A stretch of DNA of 64,000 bases from an uncultured delta proteobacterium (GTDB lineage Bacteria > Myxococcota > Myxococcia > Myxococcales > Anaeromyxobacteraceae): contig CAWHDZ010000017.1 of NCBI GenBank assembly GCA_963828255.1, positions 1 through 64,000 on the forward strand, in the 5' to 3' direction. Below the pieces are notes generated by a model, which did no database searches, was not told the DNA's origin, and saw only the letters and a list, made by a program, of their open reading frames with translations. This document shows, in pieces, positions 20,847 through 31,388 of the stretch. Each line of letters begins with the position of its first letter. Position 1 is the first letter of the stretch. A program made the position numbers and the translations under genes.

Positions 20847-23312
20847 TCACCCCTCGGCCGGCGCGGCCGGCAGCTCCATGCGGAAGGTGGAGCCCCTTCC
20901 CGGCGTGCTCGTGACCGAGAGCGTGCCGCCGTGGGCGGTCACGATGGCGTGGCAGATGGCCAGGCCGAGCCCCATCCCCCGCCCTTCGCCGGTCGGACGG
21001 GTGGTGAAGAAGGGCTCGAAGATCCGCTCCAGCAGGTCGGGCGGGATGCCCTTGCCGTCGTCGATCACCTCGAGCCGCGACATGCCCGGCTCCCCCGCCC
21101 CCGTGCGGACGACGACGAGCCCGCGCCTGCCCGGGGGGATGGCCTTGGCCGCGTTGGTGACCAGGTTGACCACCACCTGCTCGAGCTGGCCGATCGAGGC
21201 GACCACATCGGGAGCACCACCGTCCTCCACCTGGACCACCGCGCTCCGCGCCACCGATGCGGGTACCCAGCGCAGCGCCTCGGCCACCACCTCGCCGAGC
21301 CGGATCCGCGTGCGGCGCGGGTCGGGCCGGCCGAAGGTGCTCAGGTTCTTCACGACCCGTGCGATGCGCAGCCCGCCCTCCTGGGCTTCCTCGAGGGCCT
21401 CGACGGCGTCGCCGAGGATGCGGGCCTCGGCCAGCCGGTCGATGGCCTCGCTCCCCTCGAGCCGCTCCCTCAGCTCGCGGACGATCTCGAGCGCCAGCCC
21501 CTGGTCGGCCATCTCCGCCGCCAGCGGGTTGTTGACCTCGTGGGCCACCCCGGCGACCAGCGTCCCCATGGCGGCGAGGCGGGAGGCCATGGCCACCTGG
21601 GCCTGGAGGGCCCGGGCCTCGGTCACGTCCACGAAGGTGACGAGCAGGTTCTCCCCGACCGGGACCCCGGAGATGAGCATGGTGCGGACGGCCCCGGCCT
21701 TCGTGGTGACCCGGTACTCCGCCGGGGTGACCTCCCCCCTCGTGGCCCCCGCGTTGCGGGTCGCAGCGGCCCAGCGCTCGGTCACTTCGCGGCGGTAGGC
21801 CTCGTCGGGATATGCGCGCGGGAACCAGTGACCCAGGGTGGGGATGTCCTCCAGCGTGTAGCCCAGAACCTGGGTGAAGCGGTCGTTGATGTTGACGATC
21901 CGTCCGTCCGGGCCGTTGAGGGCCAGCGGGATGGGGAGAAAGCGGACCAGCGTCCGGAAGTGCTCCTCGCTGGCCTTGAGGGCGGCCTCGCGCCGCATCT
22001 GCTCGGTCACGTCCCGCACCACCGACACGGCGCCGATGCTCCTGCCGTCCCGGTCCTTCACCGGCGCCGAGGAGACCATCCGGGTGCGCAGCTCGCCGGT
22101 GGCCGGGGTGCGGACGATCTCCTCCTGGTCGATCACCACCTCCCCGCGCAGGGCACGGAGGGGCGGGGCCTCCTCGACCGGGCGCGGGGACCCGTCCGCC
22201 CGGAACACCTCCAGCGACCGGGCCAGCTCCTCGACGGAGACGCCGCTCGCCGAGACCATCCCGAACTCGGTGAGACCCGCCGGGTTCGCCAGCGCGAAGC
22301 GCCCCTTGGTGTCCGCGAACCAGACCTCGTCGTGGATGCTCGCGAGGAGCGCCGAGAGCAGCTCCTTCTCCCCCTGCACCTGCTCATGCACGGACCGGGT
22401 GGTGGCCTCGGCCTGCTTGCGCTCGGTGATGTCCCGGACGATGGCCCACATGGCCGAAGGGCGGCCGCCCTCGCGGACGAGGAAGGTCCGGAGCTCGACC
22501 GGGAAGATCGACCCGTCCTTGCGAACGTACTCCTTCTCGTAGACCTCCGAGTAGCCGCGCGGGAGGACCTGCTCGGCCACGATCCGCGCCTCCTCCGCGT
22601 GCCAGCGCTGCGGCGTGAGCTCGGGGTAGGTCTTCGTCCCCAGCTCTTCGGCCGTGTAGCCGAGCATCTTCCGGGAGGTCTCGTTCGACTCGAGGACGAG
22701 GCCAGCCATGTCCACCACCACGAGCCCGTCCATCATGCTGTCGAAGAGGCCGCGGTATTTGGCCTCGGAGAACGCCAGCGCCTCCTCGGAGCGCTTTCGC
22801 GCCACGATGTCCCAGGCCAGGTCGGCGAGCGCGGCGACGTCGGCGACGTCCTCCTCGTCGTAGGCCGAAGGCTTGTTCCCCACGCCGAGGACGGCCCGGG
22901 CCCGGCCGGCGCGGAGAACCGGCACGGTGAGCTCGCGGGCGACCGGCGCGTGCCCCTCCGGCAACCCCTTCCGCCCGGGCACGGAGGGGTAGTCGTCGTG
23001 GACGACCGCCTTGCCGGTCCGGACGCAGTCGGCCCACACCCCGGCCCGGTCGATCGGGTAGTGGGAACCAGCCCCCTCGGCGCTGCACATCCGAGCCACC
23101 GTGTTGGTGGACCAGGCCTGCAGCCACAGGGTCTTCTGGTCGTCCTCGACGAAGTGGAAGAAGCCGATATGGCTTCCGGTGAGCTCCTCCGCCAGGTCCA
23201 GCGTGGCGGTGAGGAGGTCCTTCAGCGTCGAGCCGGCGGCCTCGAGATCAAGGAGGCGCAGACGGGCGCCATCGACGCGCTCGCGGCGCGTTCGAGGCTC
23301 GGGGGAGGACAC
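20847..23312 (-). CDS. GAF-PAS-PAS-PAS sensor histidine kinase
   Basis: H-box AHEVNNPL, N-box NLVTNA, DDGKGI and GMGLGL; PAC motifs RDITE/RDVTE. Confidence 0.93.
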   Translation of the reverse strand: MSSPEPRTRRERVDGARLRLLDLEAAGSTLKDLLTATLDLAEELTGSHIGFFHFVEDDQKTLWLQAWSTNTVARMCSAEGAGSHYPIDRAGVWADCVRTGKAVVHDDYPSVPGRKGLPEGHAPVARELTVPVLRAGRARAVLGVGNKPSAYDEEDVADVAALADLAWDIVARKRSEEALAFSEAKYRGLFDSMMDGLVVVDMAGLVLESNETSRKMLGYTAEELGTKTYPELTPQRWHAEEARIVAEQVLPRGYSEVYEKEYVRKDGSIFPVELRTFLVREGGRPSAMWAIVRDITERKQAEATTRSVHEQVQGEKELLSALLASIHDEVWFADTKGRFALANPAGLTEFGMVSASGVSVEELARSLEVFRADGSPRPVEEAPPLRALRGEVVIDQEEIVRTPATGELRTRMVSSAPVKDRDGRSIGAVSVVRDVTEQMRREAALKASEEHFRTLVRFLPIPLALNGPDGRIVNINDRFTQVLGYTLEDIPTLGHWFPRAYPDEAYRREVTERWAAATRNAGATRGEVTPAEYRVTTKAGAVRTMLISGVPVGENLLVTFVDVTEARALQAQVAMASRLAAMGTLVAGVAHEVNNPLAAEMADQGLALEIVRELRERLEGSEAIDRLAEARILGDAVEALEEAQEGGLRIARVVKNLSTFGRPDPRRTRIRLGEVVAEALRWVPASVARSAVVQVEDGGAPDVVASIGQLEQVVVNLVTNAAKAIPPGRRGLVVVRTGAGEPGMSRLEVIDDGKGIPPDLLERIFEPFFTTRPTGEGRGMGLGLAICHAIVTAHGGTLSVTSTPGRGSTFRMELPAAPAEG

Positions 23313-23344
23313 CGGGCAATCGTACCGCCGGTGGAGCTACGAAC

Positions 23345-23374
23345 AAAAGAAGCCCGGCCCTTTCGGACCGGGCT
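23345..23374 (-). terminator. Rho-independent terminator of the cold-shock gene
   Basis: The minus strand reads AGCCCGGTCC-GAAAG-GGCCGGGCT followed by TCTTTT. Confidence 0.8.
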
Positions 23375-23396
23375 CCGGAGCCGATGTTGAAGTGGC

Positions 23397-23600
23397 TCAG
23401 ACGGGGCGGACGTTCGCCGCCTGCAGGCCCTTGGGGCCCTTGGTCACTTCGAACTCCACCTTCTGGCCCTCGGCCAGGGTGCGGAACCCGTTGGCCTGGA
23501 TGGCGGTGTGGTGGCAGAAAACGTCCTCGCCCCCGCCGTCCTGGGTGATGAATCCGAAGCCCTTCGCGTCGTTGAACCACTTCACGGTACCGGTAGCCAT
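23397..23600 (-). CDS. csp: Cold-shock protein (CspA family)
   Basis: [18 protein letters not shown]...DVFCH motifs. Confidence 0.97.
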   Translation of the reverse strand: MATGTVKWFNDAKGFGFITQDGGGEDVFCHHTAIQANGFRTLAEGQKVEFEVTKGPKGLQAANVRPV

Positions 23601-23738
23601 TTCGTTTTGCTCTTTTCGATTTGCTGGCGGCAAGACGCCGCCTGGCCCCTCCAGTTCGAGGAGGGAGCGTGGGATCTAACCCGGATGGTGTCCCGTGTCG
23701 AGTCCCGCCCCATCCGGAGGGTGCCGGGGGGCCTCCCC

Positions 23739-25079
23739 CTAGAGGAACCCGAGCCGCGGGTAGCTCCCGTCGAGCAGCGCGTCGGTGGCGCCCGCCGACT
23801 GGCCGAGCCAACCCTGCAGGAGCGTGGCGTAGAGGCTCCGGTAGTCCACGGTGAACACCATGTTCTTGTTCCGGTCGAGGGTCACGAGATCAGGGTAGTT
23901 CCCGTGGAATCCGCCCCGGACGCCGTTTCCGACCGCGAAGGAGAGCCCGGCAGTGCCGTGGTCGGTCCCGCCGTCGTTCTCCGGCACGCGCCGGCCGAAC
24001 TCGCTCCAGCCCACGACGATGGTGCGGTCCTGGGCGTTGCCCTCCGAGGTGGTGATCGAGGAGAGGTCGTTCCAGAAGGCCTGGACGGCGCCGCCGAGCG
24101 TCCGGAGGAGGTTGGGGTGGTCCACGGCCTGGTTGCTGTGGGTGTCCCAGCCGCCCAGGCGGGTGAAGTAGACCTGCCCCGGCAGCCCGTTCGCGATCAT
24201 CTGCGCCACGAGCTTGAGCTGGTTGCCGAGCCCGGAGGAGAGGCTCGATCCGTCGAGCCGCTTCACGGGGTACTCCGCGTCGCCCGGGTAGGGCACGGTC
24301 GGTGTGCGGGCGGTGAGCGCGCCGTCGGTCCCGAAGCCGTTCTGTGCGTCGAAGAAGAGCTTCGCCACCTTCGCGGCGGCCGAGTACCCGGGGCCGGAGG
24401 CCGGGTCGGTCGAGGTCGATCCAGCGGCGACGCCGTACGCCTTCTCGAGGAGCGCGGTGTCGAAGGGCGCACCGATCCGGTTGGAACGCAGCCACGCCGG
24501 GTAGACGTAGCCGCTCGGCCCGGTGATGGAGACGAAGCTCCGCGACCCTCCGCGCAGCATGACGGGGAGGTCGCCCGTGACCGTGATCCCCCGCAGCACG
24601 TCGCCAGCCGGATCGAAGGCCAGGTCGGCGTGGCGGCCGAGCCAGCCGGTGCCGTCCGGCATCGCCGAACCCTGGCCCCAGAGGTCGGCGGAGACGAAAT
24701 GGGAGAGGTTCGGGTTGTTCATCCCGATCCCCGGGATCCAGGCCACGCGTCCGCGCGCGTGCAGGTCGGCCATGCCGGTGAAGTCCGGGTGGAGACCCAC
24801 GCCTCCCCCCAGGTCCACGAGGGACGAGGTCGGGATGGCCAGCGTCGGCCGTGCGGCCTCGTAGGCAGCGCGGTTTGGTCCGGAGAGGGGCGGCAGCATG
24901 CTCAGCCAGTCGTTGCCGCCGTCGAGGAAGAGGAGGACCAGGATCGGCTTCTTCGAGGGCGGGGTCGGGGGCGTGCCGCCGTCGCCGGCGCTCGTGCCCG
25001 CGCTCCCGCAGCCGGAGGCCAGCAGGGCGCCGCCCGCCCCGAGCCCCTGGAGGAACCTGCGCCGCGTGATCGCCGCCAT
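23739..25079 (-). CDS. DUF1501 family protein (Tat/lipoprotein signal)
   Basis: TRRRFL, LDGGND, NLSHF, GGWDTH, SEFGR and GTDHG motifs. Confidence 0.88.
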   Translation of the reverse strand: MAAITRRRFLQGLGAGGALLASGCGSAGTSAGDGGTPPTPPSKKPILVLLFLDGGNDWLSMLPPLSGPNRAAYEAARPTLAIPTSSLVDLGGGVGLHPDFTGMADLHARGRVAWIPGIGMNNPNLSHFVSADLWGQGSAMPDGTGWLGRHADLAFDPAGDVLRGITVTGDLPVMLRGGSRSFVSITGPSGYVYPAWLRSNRIGAPFDTALLEKAYGVAAGSTSTDPASGPGYSAAAKVAKLFFDAQNGFGTDGALTARTPTVPYPGDAEYPVKRLDGSSLSSGLGNQLKLVAQMIANGLPGQVYFTRLGGWDTHSNQAVDHPNLLRTLGGAVQAFWNDLSSITTSEGNAQDRTIVVGWSEFGRRVPENDGGTDHGTAGLSFAVGNGVRGGFHGNYPDLVTLDRNKNMVFTVDYRSLYATLLQGWLGQSAGATDALLDGSYPRLGFL

Positions 25080-25088
25080 GGTTCTCTC

Positions 25089-26726
25089 CTAGTGAAGCTG
25101 CCCGGACGGGGAGCAGAGGACGAGGTAGGCCAGCTCGCGCGCCCGGAGCTGGCTGGCCGCGTCCCAGGTGAAGGCGGCCGGCCAGAGCGCCAGGAGCCAG
25201 GCGTCGGAGACCTGGGTCGGGATCGGGGCAGGCTGCAGCAGCGCCACCAGCCGGGCCAGGACGTCGACCGGAGAGGCCGGCGCCACCGGGAACCAGCGCG
25301 CCACGTCGGTGGGGAAGAGCAGGGAGTCGCTTCCACCGGCCGCCTGGCCGGAGCCCAGTGCCACGGCGGCCGCCTGACGGGTCCGGTACCGGATGGAGTT
25401 GGTGTTCAGCCAGGCCACGTCCTCCTTCCAGCCGTTCGGTCCCGGCGGGTCGAGCAGCTTCATGCCGGCCTGGTCGAAGCTCGAGACCACATTCGTCCAG
25501 GCCGGAAACGAGGGCTTCGCTCCGTCGGCCGCGGCCAGCGGCGGCGTGAGGGCCCGCGCGGCCCGGACGATCCAGGAGACCGGCCCCTCGACGAGCGCGA
25601 AGCGGTGGGCCGGGTCGAGGAAGTACCGCGACCCGAGAAGCGTCTTCATCACCACGCGCAGGTCGAAGGAGGAGGCCTGGATCATGGCCGCCACGTCGGC
25701 GAGGTCGCCCGACCCGAAGCGCGGCGTGACGAAGTGGAGCAGCAGACGGGAGGCCAGGAAGCGGGCGCACTGGGGCGCGCGGGACTGCAGGATGGAGCGG
25801 AGGACGTCCTCGCCCGGAACCATTCCACCGGGCGGGGTGGCCACGTCGAAGGTCCGGTCGAGGAAGGTCACGGTCCCGGTGGCGTGCATCCTCGGCAGGT
25901 TGGCCGGCCGCCCCATCCACCATGTGGAAGCGCCCACGATGGCCGAGCCGTCGTAGAGCCGGAAGGTGGCGTCGGCGGCCACCTTGCGCGTGGGGTTGGT
26001 CGGGTCGAGGACCACGGAGGCATCGGGGACGACGAAGCTCCAGCCCGAGAGCGCCCGGGCCAGCTGGGTGATGTCGGCCTGGGTGTACCCGTTGTCCGCG
26101 CCCAGGCTGTAGAGCTCCATCACCTCGCGCGCGTAGTTCTCGTTCGCGACGCTGGTTCCCGACGCGTTGTTGTGAACGGAGTCGAGCCACACCGCCATGG
26201 CGGGGTCCTTCGAGACCGCCACGAGCAGGTCGTCGAAGCGCGAAAGCCCCAGGCTCCGGAACAGGTCGTACTGCTTCAGCATCAGGGCGACGCCGTTCAC
26301 CTTGTGGAAACCGGTCGCGAAGAGGTTCGACCAGAAGAGGGCCATCCGCTCCCCGAAGGCGTGGGGCTCGTACTGCATCCGGAAGGCGAGGCTGGCCTGG
26401 GCGCGACCCAGGCTGTTGCGCCAGGCGTGCTGCCCCTCCACGAGGAACGGGTGCGGCGCGGGGACGAGGGGCACGTCCACCGCCCCCGCGACGCTGGCGT
26501 TCGCGCTGCGCTTCGGCTCGTCCACGACGTCGGCCCGGGTCGCCAGCACGTCCAGGAAGAGGGTGCGGTCGAGGCCGGCTCCATCCACCCAGTCGGCCAC
26601 CGCCGCGGCGGGCGGGTGGGCTGCGAGCGTGGCGGCCTCCTCCGGCGAGATGCCGAAGCCGGCGCGCCGTCCGAGGTGCGCGGCGTCGTCGGCGGTCCAG
26701 GAGGTGGCGGGGGTGAGGTCGGCCAT
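25089..26726 (-). CDS. DUF1800 family protein
   Basis: HLGRRAGFG, ERMALFW, DPAM..WLD and NENYAREVMELYSLG motifs. Confidence 0.88.
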   Translation of the reverse strand: MADLTPATSWTADDAAHLGRRAGFGISPEEAATLAAHPPAAAVADWVDGAGLDRTLFLDVLATRADVVDEPKRSANASVAGAVDVPLVPAPHPFLVEGQHAWRNSLGRAQASLAFRMQYEPHAFGERMALFWSNLFATGFHKVNGVALMLKQYDLFRSLGLSRFDDLLVAVSKDPAMAVWLDSVHNNASGTSVANENYAREVMELYSLGADNGYTQADITQLARALSGWSFVVPDASVVLDPTNPTRKVAADATFRLYDGSAIVGASTWWMGRPANLPRMHATGTVTFLDRTFDVATPPGGMVPGEDVLRSILQSRAPQCARFLASRLLLHFVTPRFGSGDLADVAAMIQASSFDLRVVMKTLLGSRYFLDPAHRFALVEGPVSWIVRAARALTPPLAAADGAKPSFPAWTNVVSSFDQAGMKLLDPPGPNGWKEDVAWLNTNSIRYRTRQAAAVALGSGQAAGGSDSLLFPTDVARWFPVAPASPVDVLARLVALLQPAPIPTQVSDAWLLALWPAAFTWDAASQLRARELAYLVLCSPSGQLH

Positions 26727-26734
26727 GGAGCTTC

Positions 26735-27211
26735 CTAGAAGGGCGCGCCGTCGGCGATCCAGGCGAGCAGGACGTCGAGGGTCGGCTGGCAGAGGTTGGG
26801 GCGCCCGAGCGGCATCCTCGCGCCGTAGCCGGCGCCGCCCGGCTGGTCCTGGGTGACCTTGGCGAGGAGCCAGGAGTGGGCGGCATCGCCGGGCGCGATG
26901 CGCTGGAAGCCCGGCGGGGCGTTTGCCGGAGTGGCGCCCACCAGGTCGGCGTGGACGTCCCGAGCGGTCCGGGAGAGCGAGGTGGAGTAGTCCACGTGGC
27001 CGGTCGCCGTCGGGCCTCCGTGGCAGGTCGTGGTCGCAGCTCCGCAGCTGGGCTGGATGGCCGGGAGGATGTCGGTGGCGAAGGTGGGGTGGGCCGGGGC
27101 GACCGCGATCGGGCAGGTGGTCGAGGGGGCAGGCTCCGGGGCCGAGCCCCCGCAAGCCGCCGCGAGGAGGAGGGCCGGCGCGGGGATCCAAAACCACCTG
27201 GAGCGGTCCAT
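26735..27211 (-). CDS. Lipoprotein with a cytochrome-c-like (PSCyt1-like) domain and an atypical CX6CH motif
   Basis: Lipobox AAAC; CGAATTTCH; RMP and WIADGA motifs. Confidence 0.65.
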   Translation of the reverse strand: MDRSRWFWIPAPALLLAAACGGSAPEPAPSTTCPIAVAPAHPTFATDILPAIQPSCGAATTTCHGGPTATGHVDYSTSLSRTARDVHADLVGATPANAPPGFQRIAPGDAAHSWLLAKVTQDQPGGAGYGARMPLGRPNLCQPTLDVLLAWIADGAPF

Positions 27212-27281
27212 GACCCCTGAAGGCCTAGCACGGGGCTCGGGGGACCGTCGATGTGGGACCGGGGCGCACCCCGGCCCGGCG

Positions 27282-28631
27282 CTACTGCGCCGGGGCCAGG
27301 ATCGCCAGCATGGCGTCCACGTCCACGATCTTGTCGCGTGGGGCCCCGCGCCTGGCTCCGCGCGCCACTTCCACGTCGTCGAGCTGCTTCCAGTCCTGGA
27401 AGGAGACCAGCTTCACGCCCCGCTCGCGCAGGAGCGCGTCGACGGCCTCGCGCGGCGGCAGCGCGCGGGCCTCGAGCCCGGCGCCGTCGGCGACCATGTG
27501 GGCGACCACCTGCGCGGAGGCACGCTTGTGCTCACCGATGAGCCCCTGCGGGCCGCTGCGCGCCCAGCCCACCACGTACTCGGCCGGGATCACGGCGCGC
27601 GTGGCGGCATCCACCACGCGCCCGTCCACATTGGCGACGATCTTCGCCTTCTCGTCGTATGGGACGCCTTCGATGCGCTGGGCAGCGAATCCCACCGCCG
27701 GGAGCACCATCCCCACGTCGAGCTGCTCGACCTGGCCGGTTCCGACCGCGGCGAAGGCGCCGTCGGGGCGCGACTCCAGACGGTTCCGCTCGAGCTTCAG
27801 CCCGGCCACCCCGCCCGCGCCGTCGGCCACCACCTCCACCGGCGAGACCAGGAAGCGCAGGTGGATCTTCTTGCGGTCCGGGTGGGGGGCGCGGGCGGCG
27901 TAGGCGCGGAGCAGCCCGAGGTTTCCCTTGTGGGCCTCCTCGCCGACCAGGGCCCCCTCGGCGAGATCGGCCGGGTCCACCACGACGTCGGCGTCCTCCA
28001 TCTCCCCCAGCTCCTCCAGTTCACCAGAGGTGAATGCTGCCTGGGCCGGGCCGCGCCGCCCCAGGACGAAGACCTCGCGCACCTTGCTGTGGACCAGCGC
28101 CTCGAGCGCGTGCCCGGCGATGTCGGTCTTCTCCAGCTCGGCGCGGGAGCGGAGCAGGATGCGCGCCACGTCGAGCGCGACGTTGCCGTTGCCCACCACG
28201 GCGACCCGGGGCGCCGACAGGTCGATCTTCGCGTTCCGGTAGTCGGGGTGCCCGTTGTACCAGCCGACGAAGACGCTGGCCGGCGTGCAGCGGGTGATGC
28301 CCTCGCCGGGGATGCCGAGCCGGCGGTCCCCCTCGTTCCCGGTGGCGAAGACGACCTGGTGGTAGTGGCGGTGAAGCTCCTCCACCGTCAGGTCGCGCCC
28401 GAGCTGGACGTTTCCGAGGAACCGGAACGTGGGCCGGCCCGCCGTACCCGCGAAGACCCGGGCCACCGACTTGATCTTCTGGTGGTCGGGAGCCACGCCT
28501 CCGCGGACCAGCCCGTAGGGCGTGGGGAGGCGATCGAACACGTCCACCTCGACGGGGGTGTCGGTGCGCTTCAGGAGCGCCTCAGCTGCGTAGAAGCCTG
28601 CCGGGCCGGAACCGATGATGGCGATGCGCAT
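27282..28631 (-). CDS. Ferredoxin/flavodoxin-NADP+ reductase (FprA/adrenodoxin reductase type)
   Basis: GSGPAG, PYGLVRGGVAPDH, GNGNVALD and RRGP motifs. Confidence 0.92.
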   Translation of the reverse strand: MRIAIIGSGPAGFYAAEALLKRTDTPVEVDVFDRLPTPYGLVRGGVAPDHQKIKSVARVFAGTAGRPTFRFLGNVQLGRDLTVEELHRHYHQVVFATGNEGDRRLGIPGEGITRCTPASVFVGWYNGHPDYRNAKIDLSAPRVAVVGNGNVALDVARILLRSRAELEKTDIAGHALEALVHSKVREVFVLGRRGPAQAAFTSGELEELGEMEDADVVVDPADLAEGALVGEEAHKGNLGLLRAYAARAPHPDRKKIHLRFLVSPVEVVADGAGGVAGLKLERNRLESRPDGAFAAVGTGQVEQLDVGMVLPAVGFAAQRIEGVPYDEKAKIVANVDGRVVDAATRAVIPAEYVVGWARSGPQGLIGEHKRASAQVVAHMVADGAGLEARALPPREAVDALLRERGVKLVSFQDWKQLDDVEVARGARRGAPRDKIVDVDAMLAILAPAQ

Positions 28632-28769
28632 GAGAAAACTCCAACCGTATCGAGGGGTTCAACGATACATCCTAACGCGACTCCCTCCGCCTGCCCGGGA
28701 AACCCGTTCGGAGTTCCCCCGACCGTGCGACTGGACGCGATGCGTTGAAACGCGCTCACTCTGGATCAA

Positions 28770-29264
28770 ATGAAGGGCATCGACGCCACCCGGATCTTGC
28801 CCGCGATCCTGGCAGGAGTCGTCGCGATCTCGGGTTGCGGGGGGACCGCGCCCGGACCTGCGCCCGCCGCCTGCGAGGGACTCGTCCTGCGCGGTGCCTG
28901 CTGGGTGGCGGAGGAAGGGATGACCCTGTCGGTGGAGCGCATCGCCCGCGTCGTCGCCCGGGCCGAGGCCTACTGGGGCTATCCGCCCGCCTCCCTCAAC
29001 GGCTGGCGGATCGAGTTCCGGCGCGACCGGGTCGTCGTGGACGGCGCGCTCTTCGACGGCTACTGCTGGCCCGGGGAGCGCCTCGTGGTGGCGACGCCGT
29101 TCGCCCGCGACTGCTTCGAGCGCTCGGCGATCTTCCACGAGCTGGGGCACGTCTGGGGCTTCGGCGAAGGGGACCCGCGCATGTCCGACACGTGGCAGCT
29201 CGTCCAGGCGGCCATGGAGGCCTCCCGGTGGGGGGGCTGCGACCCCGACGAGGACGACGACTAG
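28770..29264 (+). CDS. Small lipoprotein with an HExxH zinc-binding motif
   Basis: Lipobox ISGC; IFHELGH. Confidence 0.65.
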   Translation: MKGIDATRILPAILAGVVAISGCGGTAPGPAPAACEGLVLRGACWVAEEGMTLSVERIARVVARAEAYWGYPPASLNGWRIEFRRDRVVVDGALFDGYCWPGERLVVATPFARDCFERSAIFHELGHVWGFGEGDPRMSDTWQLVQAAMEASRWGGCDPDEDDD

Positions 29265-29358
29265 GCCGGATTCACCCAGCGCCACACCAGGAAGGCGAGG
29301 ACGGGCAGGATCCCCGCCATCGGGCGCGGGCCGCTCAATCCGTGATAACCGTTTCCAG

Positions 29359-29844
29359 GTGACCCGGGCCGGAGGCAAGGGGCTTCGCGTGCGAGCCCCG
29401 CAGGATCTCGTGGCGGGCCTCGCGCTCGTGGGGGTGGCGCTCCTCGCGCTCTGGGCGGCGCGCGCGCTCCCGGGCGGGCGGCTCGGAGCACCCGGTCCCG
29501 GCCTCCTGCCGCGCGCCATGGCGACCGGCCTCGGCCTCACCGGCGCCGCCCTGGCGGTCCTCTCCTTCCTGAAGGCCGGCGAGCCGCTGGGGCGCTGGCC
29601 CTGGCGCGGGCCGATCCTCGTGCTGCTGGCGGTGGCCGGATTCGCCCTCACGATCCGCACACCGGGGCTGCTCGTGGCCGGGCCGCTCGTGGTGCTGGTG
29701 GGCGGGGCCGCCTCGCCCGAGTCACGCCCGCGGGAACTCCTGATCTTCGCGGTGGTCATCACGCTGGCCTGCGCAGGCCTCTTCCGCTACGCGCTCCACC
29801 TCCCCATCCCCGTGCTGGTGATCCCGGGCGTGGTGACGCTGTGA
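29359..29844 (+). CDS. tctB: Tripartite tricarboxylate transporter TctB
   Basis: Four TMs with GPGLLP; upstream of tctA. Confidence 0.85.
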   Translation: MTRAGGKGLRVRAPQDLVAGLALVGVALLALWAARALPGGRLGAPGPGLLPRAMATGLGLTGAALAVLSFLKAGEPLGRWPWRGPILVLLAVAGFALTIRTPGLLVAGPLVVLVGGAASPESRPRELLIFAVVITLACAGLFRYALHLPIPVLVIPGVVTL

Positions 29845-29857
29845 GATTCGCCCCGCC

Positions 29858-31360
29858 GTGACCGACCTGCTCGCCAACCTGACGCTGGGCTTCGGGGTGG
29901 CGCTGTCGCTCCAGAACGCCGGGCTCGCCCTGGTGGGCTGCCTGGTGGGGACGCTCATCGGCGTGCTGCCGGGCGTGGGACCCATCGCCACCATCACCAT
30001 GCTGCTCCCCATCACCTTCGGCCTGCCGCCGGTGGGGGCGCTCATCCTGCTGGCCGGCATCTACTACGGAGCGCAGTACGGCGGCTCCACCACCGCCATC
30101 CTGGTGAACATCCCGGGCGAGGTGACCTCGGTGGTCACCACGCTCGACGGCCACCAGATGGCGAAGCAGGGACGGGCCGGGGCCGCGCTGGGGGTGGCGG
30201 CGCTGGGTTCCTTCTTCGCCGGGTGCCTGGCCACGCTGGTGGTGGCGGGGCTCGCGGTTCCGCTCACCCGGCTGGCGATGGTCTTCGGTCCGGCCGAGTA
30301 CGCGGCCTTGATGACCGCCGGCCTGGCCTTCGCGGTGGTGCTGGCGCGCGGGTCGGTGCTGAAGTCGATCGCCATGATCTTCCTGGGGCTGCTCCTCGCC
30401 ACGGTGGGAACGGACCTCGACACCGGCGTCGAGCGGATGACCTTCGGCCTGCCGGCCCTGGCCGACGGCCTGGAGTTCGCGGTGCTGGCCATGGGGCTCT
30501 TCGGCTTCGCCGAGGTGCTCCGGAATCTGGAGTCCACGGAGGCGCGCGACCTGGTGCGCGCACCCATCGGAAGGATCTGGCCCACCCGCCAGGAGCTTCG
30601 CCAGTCGGCCGGCCCGGTGGCCCGAGGCAGCCTGCTGGGCGCGGTGCTCGGCATCCTCCCCGGCAACGGCGCGGTGCTCGGCCCCTTCGCCTCCTACGCG
30701 CTGGAGAAGCGGCTGGCGAAGGACCCTTCCCGGTTCGGCCGCGGCGCCATCGAGGGGGTGGCGGGGCCGGAGGCGGCCAACAACGCCGGGGCCCAGACCT
30801 CCTTCATCCCGCTGCTCACCCTGGGGATCCCGCCCAACGCGGTGATGGCGCTCATGGTCGGGGCCATGACCATCCACGGGATCGTGCCCGGCCCGCTGGT
30901 GATGTCCCGGAACCCGGCGCTCTTCTGGGGGCTCATCGCCAGCATGTGGATCGGCAACCTCATGCTGCTCGTCATCAACCTGCCGCTCGTCGGCCTGTGG
31001 GTGCGCCTGCTGCGCGTCCCCTACCGGTTGATGTTCCCGGCCATCCTCCTCTTCTGCTGCATCGGCATCTACTCGGTGAACAACTCGCCCTCCGACGTGA
31101 TGCTCACCGCCGGGTGCGCGCTGCTCGGCTACGGCGCGGGAAAGGTCGGACTCGAGGGAGCCCCGCTCCTGCTCGGCCTGGTGCTGGGCCGGCTCTTCGA
31201 GGAGAACCTGCGCCGCGCGCTGGCCATCGCGCGCGGCGATCCCTGGGCCATCCTCCAGCGCCCCATCACCGCAGGGCTGGTGATCGCCGCGCTCCTGGTT
31301 CTCTCCGCCGCCATCCTGCCCGCGGTTCGCCGCGGCCGGCGGGAGGTCTTCACCGAGTGA
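29858..31360 (+). CDS. tctA: Tripartite tricarboxylate transporter TctA
   Basis: GVLPGVG, YGGSTTAILVNIPG and PEAANNA motifs. Confidence 0.95.
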   Translation: MTDLLANLTLGFGVALSLQNAGLALVGCLVGTLIGVLPGVGPIATITMLLPITFGLPPVGALILLAGIYYGAQYGGSTTAILVNIPGEVTSVVTTLDGHQMAKQGRAGAALGVAALGSFFAGCLATLVVAGLAVPLTRLAMVFGPAEYAALMTAGLAFAVVLARGSVLKSIAMIFLGLLLATVGTDLDTGVERMTFGLPALADGLEFAVLAMGLFGFAEVLRNLESTEARDLVRAPIGRIWPTRQELRQSAGPVARGSLLGAVLGILPGNGAVLGPFASYALEKRLAKDPSRFGRGAIEGVAGPEAANNAGAQTSFIPLLTLGIPPNAVMALMVGAMTIHGIVPGPLVMSRNPALFWGLIASMWIGNLMLLVINLPLVGLWVRLLRVPYRLMFPAILLFCCIGIYSVNNSPSDVMLTAGCALLGYGAGKVGLEGAPLLLGLVLGRLFEENLRRALAIARGDPWAILQRPITAGLVIAALLVLSAAILPAVRRGRREVFTE

Positions 31361-31388
31361 CCCCCGCCCTACACGAAAGGAACGCCCG

